Origin: Candidatus Brocadiaceae bacterium
GTDB taxonomy: Bacteria; Planctomycetota; Brocadiia; Brocadiales; Brocadiaceae
NCBI GenBank assembly: GCA_046350595.1
Contig: JAXMAC010000025.1
Location: forward strand, 5,230 to 29,229
Direction: 5' to 3'
DNA length: 24,000 bases
The position numbers were made by a program, and so were the translations under genes. The notes beneath the pieces are model-generated. The model searched no databases. It saw only the letters and a program-made list of their open reading frames with translations, and had not been told where the DNA came from. Positions 16,520 to 24,000 of the stretch are shown piece by piece (within the stretch, counting starts at the first letter, position 1; the number at the start of each line of letters is the position of its first letter).

Positions 16520-16799
16520 GAGACCGTGTCTTTTTGTGAGTCAGAAAGTCATACACGATGCGCGTTAAAAATTTTATAATAAACGTTGCAGGGTGTCGAA
16601 CAAGAGCAAAATTTGAGTAAACTTAAACCTTCTGGTTTGAGAGTTGAGTAATTTGTCAAGGATGAAGCCTTGAGTTACATTAAAACATTTTTGTTTTCCA
16701 AGGGGGGAATGGAAGAACACGCAAATATCCGTACTCTGAAATTATGTAAATATGCGTTTTTATGAGGTTGTCATAGGAATGTAAGAAGGGGAAAAAACC

Positions 16800-17075
16800 A
16801 TGTTACAAAAAGAAATAGAAAAACAGAATTTCATTTTATGGTACAGCTTGTATGCGACGGAAAAAGAATTGGAAATGGCACGAACAAACAACAGTGAAAT
16901 ACTGGAAAGGCTTTTGAGGGAATACGCGGAGGAAATTGGTAAGATTGATAAATCAAGGCTTTTATATGAAAAAATTGTACACATAAGAAGTGTGCCAACA
17001 CAGGGTTTTGATGCAACATTAAAAATAGATTATTTTCCCCCGCAAAGTATCGCGGAAGCGCTGGAAAAGGTTTAG
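16800..17075 (+). CDS. Hypothetical 91-aa soluble, helical-looking protein inserted between ftsI and murE
   Basis: The ATG is preceded by AGAAGGGGA. There is no TM segment and no motif I recognise. The stop lies 9 nt before the murE ATG (3 nt before the alternative TTG), suggesting co-transcription or coupling with murE. Confidence 0.5.
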   Translation: MLQKEIEKQNFILWYSLYATEKELEMARTNNSEILERLLREYAEEIGKIDKSRLLYEKIVHIRSVPTQGFDATLKIDYFPPQSIAEALEKV

Positions 17076-17084
17076 CGATTGCGT

Positions 17085-18596
17085 ATGAGATTAAGAGAAC
17101 TTTGTTCATGCTTAAAAGAATATGATTCTTTTAACTTGGTAGAGCAAGAGGTAACGGGCATAACGTACGATTCCCGGAAAGTAAAAGCGGGATGCGTGTT
17201 TGTGGCTATTCAAGGTCATACGCTGAATGGTCACAATTTTATTGCTGATGCAGTCAGAAGAGGCGCTGTCGCGCTTGTTGTTGAGAAAAGGATTGATGTT
17301 CCTCTTTCGCTACCTTACATTGTTGTCTCTAACTCACGACGGGCGCTGGCGTTCATGAGTAGCCATTTTTATGGCGACCCGTCGTCACACATGACAATCA
17401 TTGGGATTACGGGGACAAATGGGAAAACAACTACTTCATATTTTACAAAGTCAATTATTGAGGCTTCCGGTAGTTTGGCAGGACTGATTGGCACTATTCA
17501 ATATCAAATCGGTGAAAATATAATACCTGCAAAAGAAACCACCCCCGCATCAGTTGATATACACGCTTATCTTTGTGAGATGCTGAAGGCAAAAATAAAA
17601 TACGCCGTGATTGAGGCCTCTTCCCATGCGCTTTCCCAGCATCGCCTGGATGGAGTCCGTTTCCGTTCAGCGATTTTTACCAATTTATCAGCAGAACATC
17701 TCGATTATCATGAAAATATAAAGAATTACCGGGCTGAAAAACTTAATTTGTTTAAAGAATTAAGGAAAGATTCATTTTCCATCCTGAATATCGATCACAA
17801 TACAAGTAAGCACTTCGCTGCATGTACAAAATCACAGGTAGTCTGGTACGGTATAAAGAGAAAGAACGCAGATGTTGCAGCGGAAGTAATGCAGATGAAT
17901 GCCAATGGTTCAAGATTTAAGATCAATTCACCCTGGGGCAAAGCGATTATAGATACCAGGCTGGCTGGAAAACATAACATTTATAATGCCCTTGCGTCTG
18001 CTGCGAATGGATTAGCGCTGGGTTTTACCATGGAAACGGTAAAAAGGGGACTTGAATCTCTGAATGGAGTGCCTGGACGGCTGGAAAAAATTGACTGCGG
18101 ACAGGACTTTTCTGTCTATATTGACTTTGCTCATACACATCAGGCATTACAAGTAATCTTGAGTACCCTTCGTGATGTAACAGCAGGACGCATTATCCTT
18201 GTATTTGGATGCGGCGGGGACAGGGATCGAAAAAAGAGGCCTAAGATGGGGCACATCGCCGAAAAATATGCCGATATCTTCTGGATAACCAATGACAATC
18301 CCCGTTCTGAGGAGCCGCAGAGTATCATATCTGAAATTCTCAAAGGGGTAAATAAGGAAGCTCTTTTTTATGTGCAACCGGATAGAAAACTGGCCATAGA
18401 GGAGGCTCTTTCTGAAGCAAAAAGGGGCGATGTTGTAATTATTGCGGGAAAGGGTCATGAACAATATCAGATATTCAGGGATACCACAGTTCCATTTAGC
18501 GATCATGGGGTGGTAAGACAGGCTTTATCCAGGCGTAAGGTATATGAACAGGAAAATTATACGGTGGATGTTCTGAAATGTGACTCAAGGCTTTAG
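17085..18596 (+). CDS. murE: UDP-N-acetylmuramoyl-L-alanyl-D-glutamate--2,6-diaminopimelate ligase
   Basis: ITYDSRKVKAGCVFVAIQGHTLNGHNF, P-loop GITGTNGKTTT, and a DNPR motif (TNDNPRSEEP), which is associated with meso-DAP specificity. The start is ATG 17085 or TTG 17079. Confidence 0.9.
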   Translation: MRLRELCSCLKEYDSFNLVEQEVTGITYDSRKVKAGCVFVAIQGHTLNGHNFIADAVRRGAVALVVEKRIDVPLSLPYIVVSNSRRALAFMSSHFYGDPSSHMTIIGITGTNGKTTTSYFTKSIIEASGSLAGLIGTIQYQIGENIIPAKETTPASVDIHAYLCEMLKAKIKYAVIEASSHALSQHRLDGVRFRSAIFTNLSAEHLDYHENIKNYRAEKLNLFKELRKDSFSILNIDHNTSKHFAACTKSQVVWYGIKRKNADVAAEVMQMNANGSRFKINSPWGKAIIDTRLAGKHNIYNALASAANGLALGFTMETVKRGLESLNGVPGRLEKIDCGQDFSVYIDFAHTHQALQVILSTLRDVTAGRIILVFGCGGDRDRKKRPKMGHIAEKYADIFWITNDNPRSEEPQSIISEILKGVNKEALFYVQPDRKLAIEEALSEAKRGDVVIIAGKGHEQYQIFRDTTVPFSDHGVVRQALSRRKVYEQENYTVDVLKCDSRL

Positions 18597-18733
18597 AGTT
18601 TGTGCAAAAAGTCAGGTCTTAGGTGTCATTGCGAGCGAAGCGAAGCAATCTTTCCCGCTTATAGTTCCAGGCGATTGCTTCGGAAAAACCCTCGCAATGA
18701 TACGATGACTGACTTTTTGCACAGACTCTTTAG
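18591..18733. repeat. ~143-bp nested inverted-repeat (MITE/REP-like) element in the murE-murF spacer
   Basis: The outer arms are 18591-18615 and 18709-18733 (25 nt, 3 mismatches). The middle arms are CATTGCGAG (18627-18635) and CTCGCAATG (18691-18699). The inner arms are CGAAGCAATC (18641-18650) and GATTGCTTCG (18673-18682), with a 22-nt loop. The left outer arm contains the murE stop codon (18594-18596). Confidence 0.7.
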
Positions 18734-18824
18734 TTTTGAATGGCAAGAACCACTCGAAGGCGCTCAATCCTGAATGATTGAGTTACCGCATATATTCAGT
18801 AATTTCAACATTTTTGAGAAGTAT

Positions 18825-20231
18825 ATGGAAACCTTATCACTTGAAGAAGTGGCAAAAGCTGTGTGTGGACAGGTCGTACCGAAGGGTAGAGAAGTAAGGA
18901 TACGGGGTATATCTACAGACAGCAGAAAAATTCGAACGGGCGACCTGTTTTTTGCGATCAAAGGGGAGCGCCATGACGGTCATCAGTTTATATCACAGGT
19001 GATGAATGCCGGAGCATTGGGGGCTGTGGTTTCTCATGAATTTATATGGAATTCAGAACGGAGAGATTTTTTTCTCATTCGAGTGGAGAATACGACAACA
19101 GCTTTAGGCGATCTGGCGCAGTATTATCGCCGGACTTTGAAGACAAAGATCATTGGTATTACGGGGAGTAATGGGAAGACGACAACGAAAGAGATTACCT
19201 GGCATTTGTTATCCCATTGTGGCCCAACGATACGTTCACAAAAGAGTTTTAATAATTTCATCGGCGTTCCCCTGACAATCTTTGAAATTGAAAATAAACA
19301 TCAATACGGTGTGCTCGAAATGGGGACAAATGCCCCGGGTGAAATACGAAGGTTGTCTGCGATTGGCGCGCCTGACGTTGCAGTAATTACCAATATTTCA
19401 AAGACACACCTGGAGGGTCTTGGAAGTGTTGATGGTGTTATGAGAGCAAAAGGGGAGATTCTGGAAAACCTCAGGAAAGACGGAACATTTGTATATAACA
19501 TGGATAACCCCTGGTGTGTCAGGATTGCCAGCGGATTCCAGGGAAATTCACTAAGTTTTGGTTTCAGTCCTCAAGCCCGGATACGGTGTACCGATATAAA
19601 GAAAAAGGATACGGGGTATATGTTCACGATAAATGGAGAGATAGAAGTTTATAGTCCCATTCCAGGAGAACATAACATTCATAATTGTCTTGCGTCCTTT
19701 GCAGTATGCCACGCGCTGGGGCATAACATGAGTAATTTAAAAGATGCCCTTGCTTCTTGCAAACTACCTCCCATGAGGATTGAACAACAGCGTATCGGGA
19801 ATATAACTGTTATTAATGATGCGTATAACGCAAACCCGGAATCGGTGAAAGCAGCCTTGAATTACCTGCGTCAGATGAATACCGGAGGGAGAAAGGTGTT
19901 TGTTTTTGGTGATATGTTAGAACTGGGAATGGAATCTCCCCAATTACATAGAGAAATCGGTGAAATAATTGCACACTCAAACATTGATGTAGTGTGGGCA
20001 GTAGGGAATTATGCACAGGAAACAGCAAGGGCTGCGATATTATCGGGTATGTCAGAAGAACGGGTTGTTTGTTTTAAGAATGCTGCGGATATTACGCTCT
20101 CAGAAGTTGGTAATCTCGAAGCGAATGACGCCGTGTTAATTAAAGGCTCTCGCGGTATGCGCATGGAAAATATAATCGGCAAAATAAGGGAACATTTCTC
20201 CGTGCCTTTACCGGTTCATAATGAGTGTTAA
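18825..20231 (+). CDS. murF: UDP-N-acetylmuramoyl-tripeptide--D-alanyl-D-alanine ligase
   Basis: ISTDSRKIRTGDLFFAIKGERHDGHQF, P-loop GITGSNGKTTTKE and DAYNANPESVKAAL. The N-terminus METLSLEEVAKAV fits the family. The ORF-track ATG at 18774 adds 17 non-homologous residues and remains possible. Confidence 0.88.
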   Translation: METLSLEEVAKAVCGQVVPKGREVRIRGISTDSRKIRTGDLFFAIKGERHDGHQFISQVMNAGALGAVVSHEFIWNSERRDFFLIRVENTTTALGDLAQYYRRTLKTKIIGITGSNGKTTTKEITWHLLSHCGPTIRSQKSFNNFIGVPLTIFEIENKHQYGVLEMGTNAPGEIRRLSAIGAPDVAVITNISKTHLEGLGSVDGVMRAKGEILENLRKDGTFVYNMDNPWCVRIASGFQGNSLSFGFSPQARIRCTDIKKKDTGYMFTINGEIEVYSPIPGEHNIHNCLASFAVCHALGHNMSNLKDALASCKLPPMRIEQQRIGNITVINDAYNANPESVKAALNYLRQMNTGGRKVFVFGDMLELGMESPQLHREIGEIIAHSNIDVVWAVGNYAQETARAAILSGMSEERVVCFKNAADITLSEVGNLEANDAVLIKGSRGMRMENIIGKIREHFSVPLPVHNEC

Positions 20232-20270
20232 AAAAGATATCAAGAAATTACAGAAAGGAATAATAATACG

Positions 20271-21347
20271 TTGCTGTACCGTTGGTTAAATTCGCTGGAG
20301 ATATTTCACCACCTATCTTTTCGTTTGTTTTTTGCCGCCTTTACAGCATTTTTGGTCAGTATTTTTTTTGGGAAGTGGTTTATCAAAAGGCTGAGGATTT
20401 TAAAGATTGGCGAGGATACGACGAAAACAGACTCTGAAGAACTCAGGCGGATGCATTTTGATAAAAAAAATACGCCTACCATGGGAGGTGTTATTGTCAT
20501 TGTTGCCATCCTGGTTGCAACGCTGATGTGGTGTAATGTCTATAATGGATTTATTCTTTTGTTGCTCTTTACCCTGGTATGGTATGGCGTCATTGGATTT
20601 ATTGACGACTACATCAAGCTTACCCAGAAGGATGCGCCTGGTTTAAGCGGTGTATCAAAGTTATTATTGCAGTCTGCGTTGGGACTCATAATAGGATTGG
20701 TTTTGTATTTCCACTTTCACAAGTATTCATGGGGCACACAACTGTCAATACCGTTGGTAAAAGATTTTAAACCCGATCTGGGTCCCTTTTACATACTGGC
20801 TATTGCCTTTTTTATTGTGGGGATGTCAAATGCCGTAAATCTCACCGATGGTCTGGATGGCCTGGCAATGGGGTGCAGTGTTATTGCGGGGATAGCCTTT
20901 GTTGGAATTGCCTGTGTTTCCGGCAGGGTTGATTTGAGTAACTCGCTGAAAATTACTCCTGTACCCGGAAGCGGTGAATTAAGTGTATTTTGCGCTGTGG
21001 TTGTAGGGGGAGGTCTGGGATTCCTGTGGTTTAATTGTTTTCCTGCGCAAGTATTTATGGGCGATACAGGTTCTTTAACGTTGGGTGGTGTTTTGGGGTT
21101 AATTTCCATTATTGTTAAACAGGAATTATTGATGGTTATTATTGGGGGCGTTTTTGTCGCAGAGGCAGTTTCCGTGCTCATGCAACGTTATTACTACAAA
21201 TTGACAAAAAAGAGGATTTTTCGTTGCGCGCCCCTGCATCACCATTTCCAGTTTAAAGGATGGCCTGAGTCAAAGATCACCCACAGATTTTTGATGGTTG
21301 CTTTCCTTTTAGCCATGTTCGGTCTTGCAATACATTTTGGGGCTTAA
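20271..21347 (+). CDS. mraY: Phospho-N-acetylmuramoyl-pentapeptide transferase
   Basis: Polytopic membrane protein with NAVNLTDGLDGLA and FMGDTGSLTLGG. The start is TTG with AAAGGAA 10 nt upstream. Confidence 0.92.
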   Translation: MLYRWLNSLEIFHHLSFRLFFAAFTAFLVSIFFGKWFIKRLRILKIGEDTTKTDSEELRRMHFDKKNTPTMGGVIVIVAILVATLMWCNVYNGFILLLLFTLVWYGVIGFIDDYIKLTQKDAPGLSGVSKLLLQSALGLIIGLVLYFHFHKYSWGTQLSIPLVKDFKPDLGPFYILAIAFFIVGMSNAVNLTDGLDGLAMGCSVIAGIAFVGIACVSGRVDLSNSLKITPVPGSGELSVFCAVVVGGGLGFLWFNCFPAQVFMGDTGSLTLGGVLGLISIIVKQELLMVIIGGVFVAEAVSVLMQRYYYKLTKKRIFRCAPLHHHFQFKGWPESKITHRFLMVAFLLAMFGLAIHFGA

Positions 21348-22573
21348 TGATGAAAGTGAAATCGTGGCATTTTCTTATTTATATTGTGGTTGCTCTCCTG
21401 GGCTTCAGTATTGTCACGGTGTACAGTACCGATACAGCGGCCTTTAGCGCAAATTCCGGAGTGCATCAGAGTATTTCTCTTCAGTTCATAAAACATCTTC
21501 TCTGGGTCTTTTTAGGTTCCGGCTTAATGGTTGCTATGGCGAAGATTGACTACCACCATTTGCAGAAACTCAGCATACCTATTCTTGTGGTATCTCTTGT
21601 TACTCTTGTGCTTGTATTAATACCTGGCGTGGGAACGGTTACCAACGGGGCCAGAAGGTGGATTCGACTTGGGAGCATAATGGGCGTACAGCCTTCAGAA
21701 TTTGCCAAATTGGCGGTGATTATTTTTATTTCTGCTTATATCACTAAAAACCAGAATCGAATGTCGGAGTTCAAGCGGGGCTTCTTGTTGCCGCTTGGCA
21801 TTGCCGCAGGAACAAGCGCACTCATTATTAAAGAGCCTGATTTTGGGACGTCGGCGCTTATTATTGCAATATCTGTAATTATGTTAATTATTGGCGGAAT
21901 AAGAATTCGATATATTTTTTCTACGTTGTTAGCGGCGCTCCCGTTAATGTATGAAATTGTGTTTGGCAGTTCATACAGGCTCAGGCGGTTGTTGGCGTTT
22001 TTAAATCCATGGGCAGATCCTTCTGGCGCAGGGTATCACATCATTCAATCATGGATAGCCCTGGGATCCGGCGGTCTGACAGGGTTGGGAATTGGAGAGA
22101 GTAAACAAAAGCTATTTTTCCTGCCGGAAAGTAATAGTGATTTTATATTCACCATCATAGGTGAAGAATTTGGGTATCTTGGGGTGGTAACGATTATATG
22201 CCTTTTCCTCTTGTTGCTGTGGCAGGGATTAAGGATTGTCCACGCAACAAAGGATTTATTTGGTTTTTTTTTGGGACTTGGAATTACACTCATGTTTGGC
22301 TTGCAGGCAATTATTAATATTGCCGTTGTTTCCGGCGCTTTACCGACAAAAGGCATCCCTTTGCCCTTTGTGAGCGCGGGAGGTTCTTCGTTGCTCCTTT
22401 CGATGACGGGGATCGGCATATTGATTAATATTGCACGATTATCTGAAACATTGAAGACGGAGAATGAAGTACATATTGATGCAAAAGAATTGTGCAATAA
22501 TATCGCGTATGAACAGGCGCCGGTAAAACTCTGGCACAAAATCGCACACAAAATAGCAGGCTTTTCCTGGTGA
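21347..22573 (+). CDS. ftsW: SEDS-family peptidoglycan glycosyltransferase FtsW (FtsW/RodA/SpoVE)
   Basis: DFIFTIIGEEFGYLG and PTKGIPLPFVSAGGSSLL are present. The start overlaps the mraY stop (TAATG). It has a ~45-aa soluble C-terminal tail. Confidence 0.88.
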   Translation: MMKVKSWHFLIYIVVALLGFSIVTVYSTDTAAFSANSGVHQSISLQFIKHLLWVFLGSGLMVAMAKIDYHHLQKLSIPILVVSLVTLVLVLIPGVGTVTNGARRWIRLGSIMGVQPSEFAKLAVIIFISAYITKNQNRMSEFKRGFLLPLGIAAGTSALIIKEPDFGTSALIIAISVIMLIIGGIRIRYIFSTLLAALPLMYEIVFGSSYRLRRLLAFLNPWADPSGAGYHIIQSWIALGSGGLTGLGIGESKQKLFFLPESNSDFIFTIIGEEFGYLGVVTIICLFLLLLWQGLRIVHATKDLFGFFLGLGITLMFGLQAIINIAVVSGALPTKGIPLPFVSAGGSSLLLSMTGIGILINIARLSETLKTENEVHIDAKELCNNIAYEQAPVKLWHKIAHKIAGFSW

Positions 22574-22706
22574 TGGTGAAAAAATGACACAGAATACTGA
22601 ATTGTATACAAAAACGAACCAAAGAGGACAGGGAGATAAATGCAGAATTTATTCCAATCCTCACAGGATAGATTTTCATAATATTATGGAGAAAAGGAGA
22701 TGTAAA

Positions 22707-23831
22707 ATGAAAGTAGTTTTTGCGGGAGGCGGGACTGGCGGTCATTTAATGGTTGGATTGAGTATTGCCGAAGAGGTACGTATAAGGTTTAATCAGGCGG
22801 AGATTGTCTTTTTTGGAACAGATAAAAAGTTTGAAAAGCGATGCGTTGAGCAACGGGGGTTCAAATTCCGGCAAATGCATTCAAGAAAATGGGAGAGATC
22901 CTCTAGCGGTATATTTGCATTTACCACCTCAATGTTTACCGGTGTTATCGAATCCCTTATTGCCTTAAAAAAAATAAATCCTGATATTGTTGTTGGTCTG
23001 GGCGGATATGCATCGGTTGCCCCCATTGTCGCGGCAAAATTACTGGGTTTTCCATCCGTATTGCTTGAGCAGAATATTATTCCGGGAAAGGCAAATCGTT
23101 TTTTATCCCGGTGGGTTGATGAGGTGTATTGTCATTGGCGGGGTTCTATAAAATGGCTTGATAAGGCAAAAGTTGTCCGTGTTACCGGCACGCCAATTCG
23201 TAAGGATGTCTTATGCGCCCAGAGACAACGTTCTGCCGAAAAGTTCGGATTAAGTCCTTCCAAAAAGACGATACTGATTACCGGCGGCAGTCAGGGCGCA
23301 CAATCAATCAATGAAGTTATTTTAAGGTGTTTACCGAAACTGGAACAACGATCAAGCGAAGTGCAGGTAATCCACATTACCGGTGAACGCGATTATGAGA
23401 AGGCAAAAGCAACGTATCAGCAAACGAAAATTGATTCGTTTGTATGTGGCTTTTTAGATGATATGGGAGCTGCGTTTAGTATGGCGGATATCATCATTTG
23501 CAGGGCTGGCGCTACGACCATTGCGGAGATTACCGCAATAGGTATTCCGGCAATATTAATCCCGTATCCTCATGCTGCGGATAACCATCAATACTGGAAC
23601 GCAGTGGAGTTGGTAAGCAACGGCGGGGGGTATTTGATACAACAGTTTGATTTAACACCAGAAAAAATTATTGAACTGGTAAATGACCTTTTAATGAATA
23701 AAGAAAAATATGAACAAGTGAAGATGTTCAGTAAAGGATTGGGGATTCCTCATGCCGTAGGAAGGGTTGTTGATAATATGTGCAGGATGGTTGATGTAAA
23801 GTATGCACAATATGCCCTCACCGTTGGTTAA
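22707..23831 (+). CDS. murG: UDP-N-acetylglucosamine--N-acetylmuramyl-(pentapeptide) pyrophosphoryl-undecaprenol GlcNAc transferase
   Basis: MKVVFAGGGTGGHL is the canonical N-terminus. CRAGATTIAEITAIGIPAILIPYPHAADNHQYWNA is also present. A strong SD (AAGGAG, 22694-22699) lies 7 nt upstream of ATG 22707. The ORF-track start at 22584 adds 41 low-plausibility residues. Confidence 0.9.
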   Translation: MKVVFAGGGTGGHLMVGLSIAEEVRIRFNQAEIVFFGTDKKFEKRCVEQRGFKFRQMHSRKWERSSSGIFAFTTSMFTGVIESLIALKKINPDIVVGLGGYASVAPIVAAKLLGFPSVLLEQNIIPGKANRFLSRWVDEVYCHWRGSIKWLDKAKVVRVTGTPIRKDVLCAQRQRSAEKFGLSPSKKTILITGGSQGAQSINEVILRCLPKLEQRSSEVQVIHITGERDYEKAKATYQQTKIDSFVCGFLDDMGAAFSMADIIICRAGATTIAEITAIGIPAILIPYPHAADNHQYWNAVELVSNGGGYLIQQFDLTPEKIIELVNDLLMNKEKYEQVKMFSKGLGIPHAVGRVVDNMCRMVDVKYAQYALTVG

Positions 23832-24000
23832 TGAAAACGGGGGATAATTACCCGGCACGGAGTTGTTTTTATGTGCTTCATTTTTGTTTCTTTGTTGGGC
23901 AGTTTTATTTATAATTTTATCCTTCCGGTTGCGGCAGTGCCGCGTAATGAAATGTAAGAGGGCATGGGCAGAATGAAAACATACACGTCGTCATTGGAGA

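Noticed and set aside
16709-16765. 18-codon micro-ORF (MEEHANIRTLKLCKYAFL) after a G6 run in the ftsI-orf91 spacer; possible leader peptide
   Set aside because: The SD-to-ATG spacing is only 1-3 nt, no attenuator structure follows, and it is too short to assess.
22045-22611. 188-aa minus-strand ORF, together with 22425-22745
   Set aside because: It is antisense to ftsW and to the ftsW-murG spacer, is low-complexity and has no motif. It is a shadow ORF.
22584-22706. 41-aa N-terminal extension of murG
   Set aside because: MurG proteins start at the GGGTGGH Rossmann strand. AAGGAG precedes ATG 22707, and the extension sequence looks non-protein-like. This is not fully excluded.
23973-24000. 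Start of a further plus-strand ORF (MKTYTSSLE...) after murG, possibly the next dcw gene
   Set aside because: Only 9 codons are in the window, so no identification is possible. The small GC hairpin at 23931-23943 upstream is also too short to call.
1-24000. Scan for CRISPR arrays, tRNA/rRNA genes, transposases, integrases, toxin-antitoxin pairs or defence islands
   Set aside because: No regularly spaced repeats, cloverleaf-like segments or recombinase/nuclease-type ORFs were seen. All large ORFs have housekeeping assignments.

Overview
This window looks like ordinary chromosomal core from an AT-biased Gram-negative-type bacterium. I see no transposase, integrase, CRISPR array, tRNA/rRNA or recognisable defence or toxin locus. 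The taxon cannot be established from sequence alone. A planctomycete or anammox-like origin is only a guess, based on the feel of the proteins and the dispersed hairpin repeats. Gene content from left to right: (i) A 575-bp non-coding leader carries a perfect CRP-type palindrome, followed by a membrane-anchored CapD/PglF/WbpM-type sugar 4,6-dehydratase. (ii) A divergent ATP-type PEP carboxykinase homologue. (iii) An Rrf2-family regulator with a consensus sigma70 promoter, followed by a three-gene NitT/TauT-family ABC importer (lipoprotein binding protein, ATPase, permease). (iv) A small CxxC redoxin on the minus strand, and a small plus-strand operon of a membrane zinc-ribbon protein, a GatB/YqeY-domain protein and a retropepsin-like protease. 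(v) On the minus strand, class II ribonucleotide reductase (nrdJ) and queA. (vi) A division/cell-wall (dcw) cluster: mraZ-rsmH-ftsL(like)-ftsI-[orf91]-murE-murF-mraY-ftsW-murG. The points most worth a second look are all in or near the dcw cluster. murD is absent from its canonical mraY-ftsW slot. An unannotatable 91-aa gene is inserted and nearly coupled to murE. The cluster is broken by long spacers, one of which holds a ~143-bp nested-palindrome element overlapping the murE stop. There are MraZ-box-like triple direct repeats. Other regulatory observations are a near-leaderless nrdJ promoter, REP-like hairpins, a 13-mer shared between the Rrf2 promoter and the ABC operon, and a class-II-spaced CRP site. 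I did not find convincing evidence for a new multi-gene system. Several ORF-track starts were shortened on the basis of RBS, promoter and homology logic.
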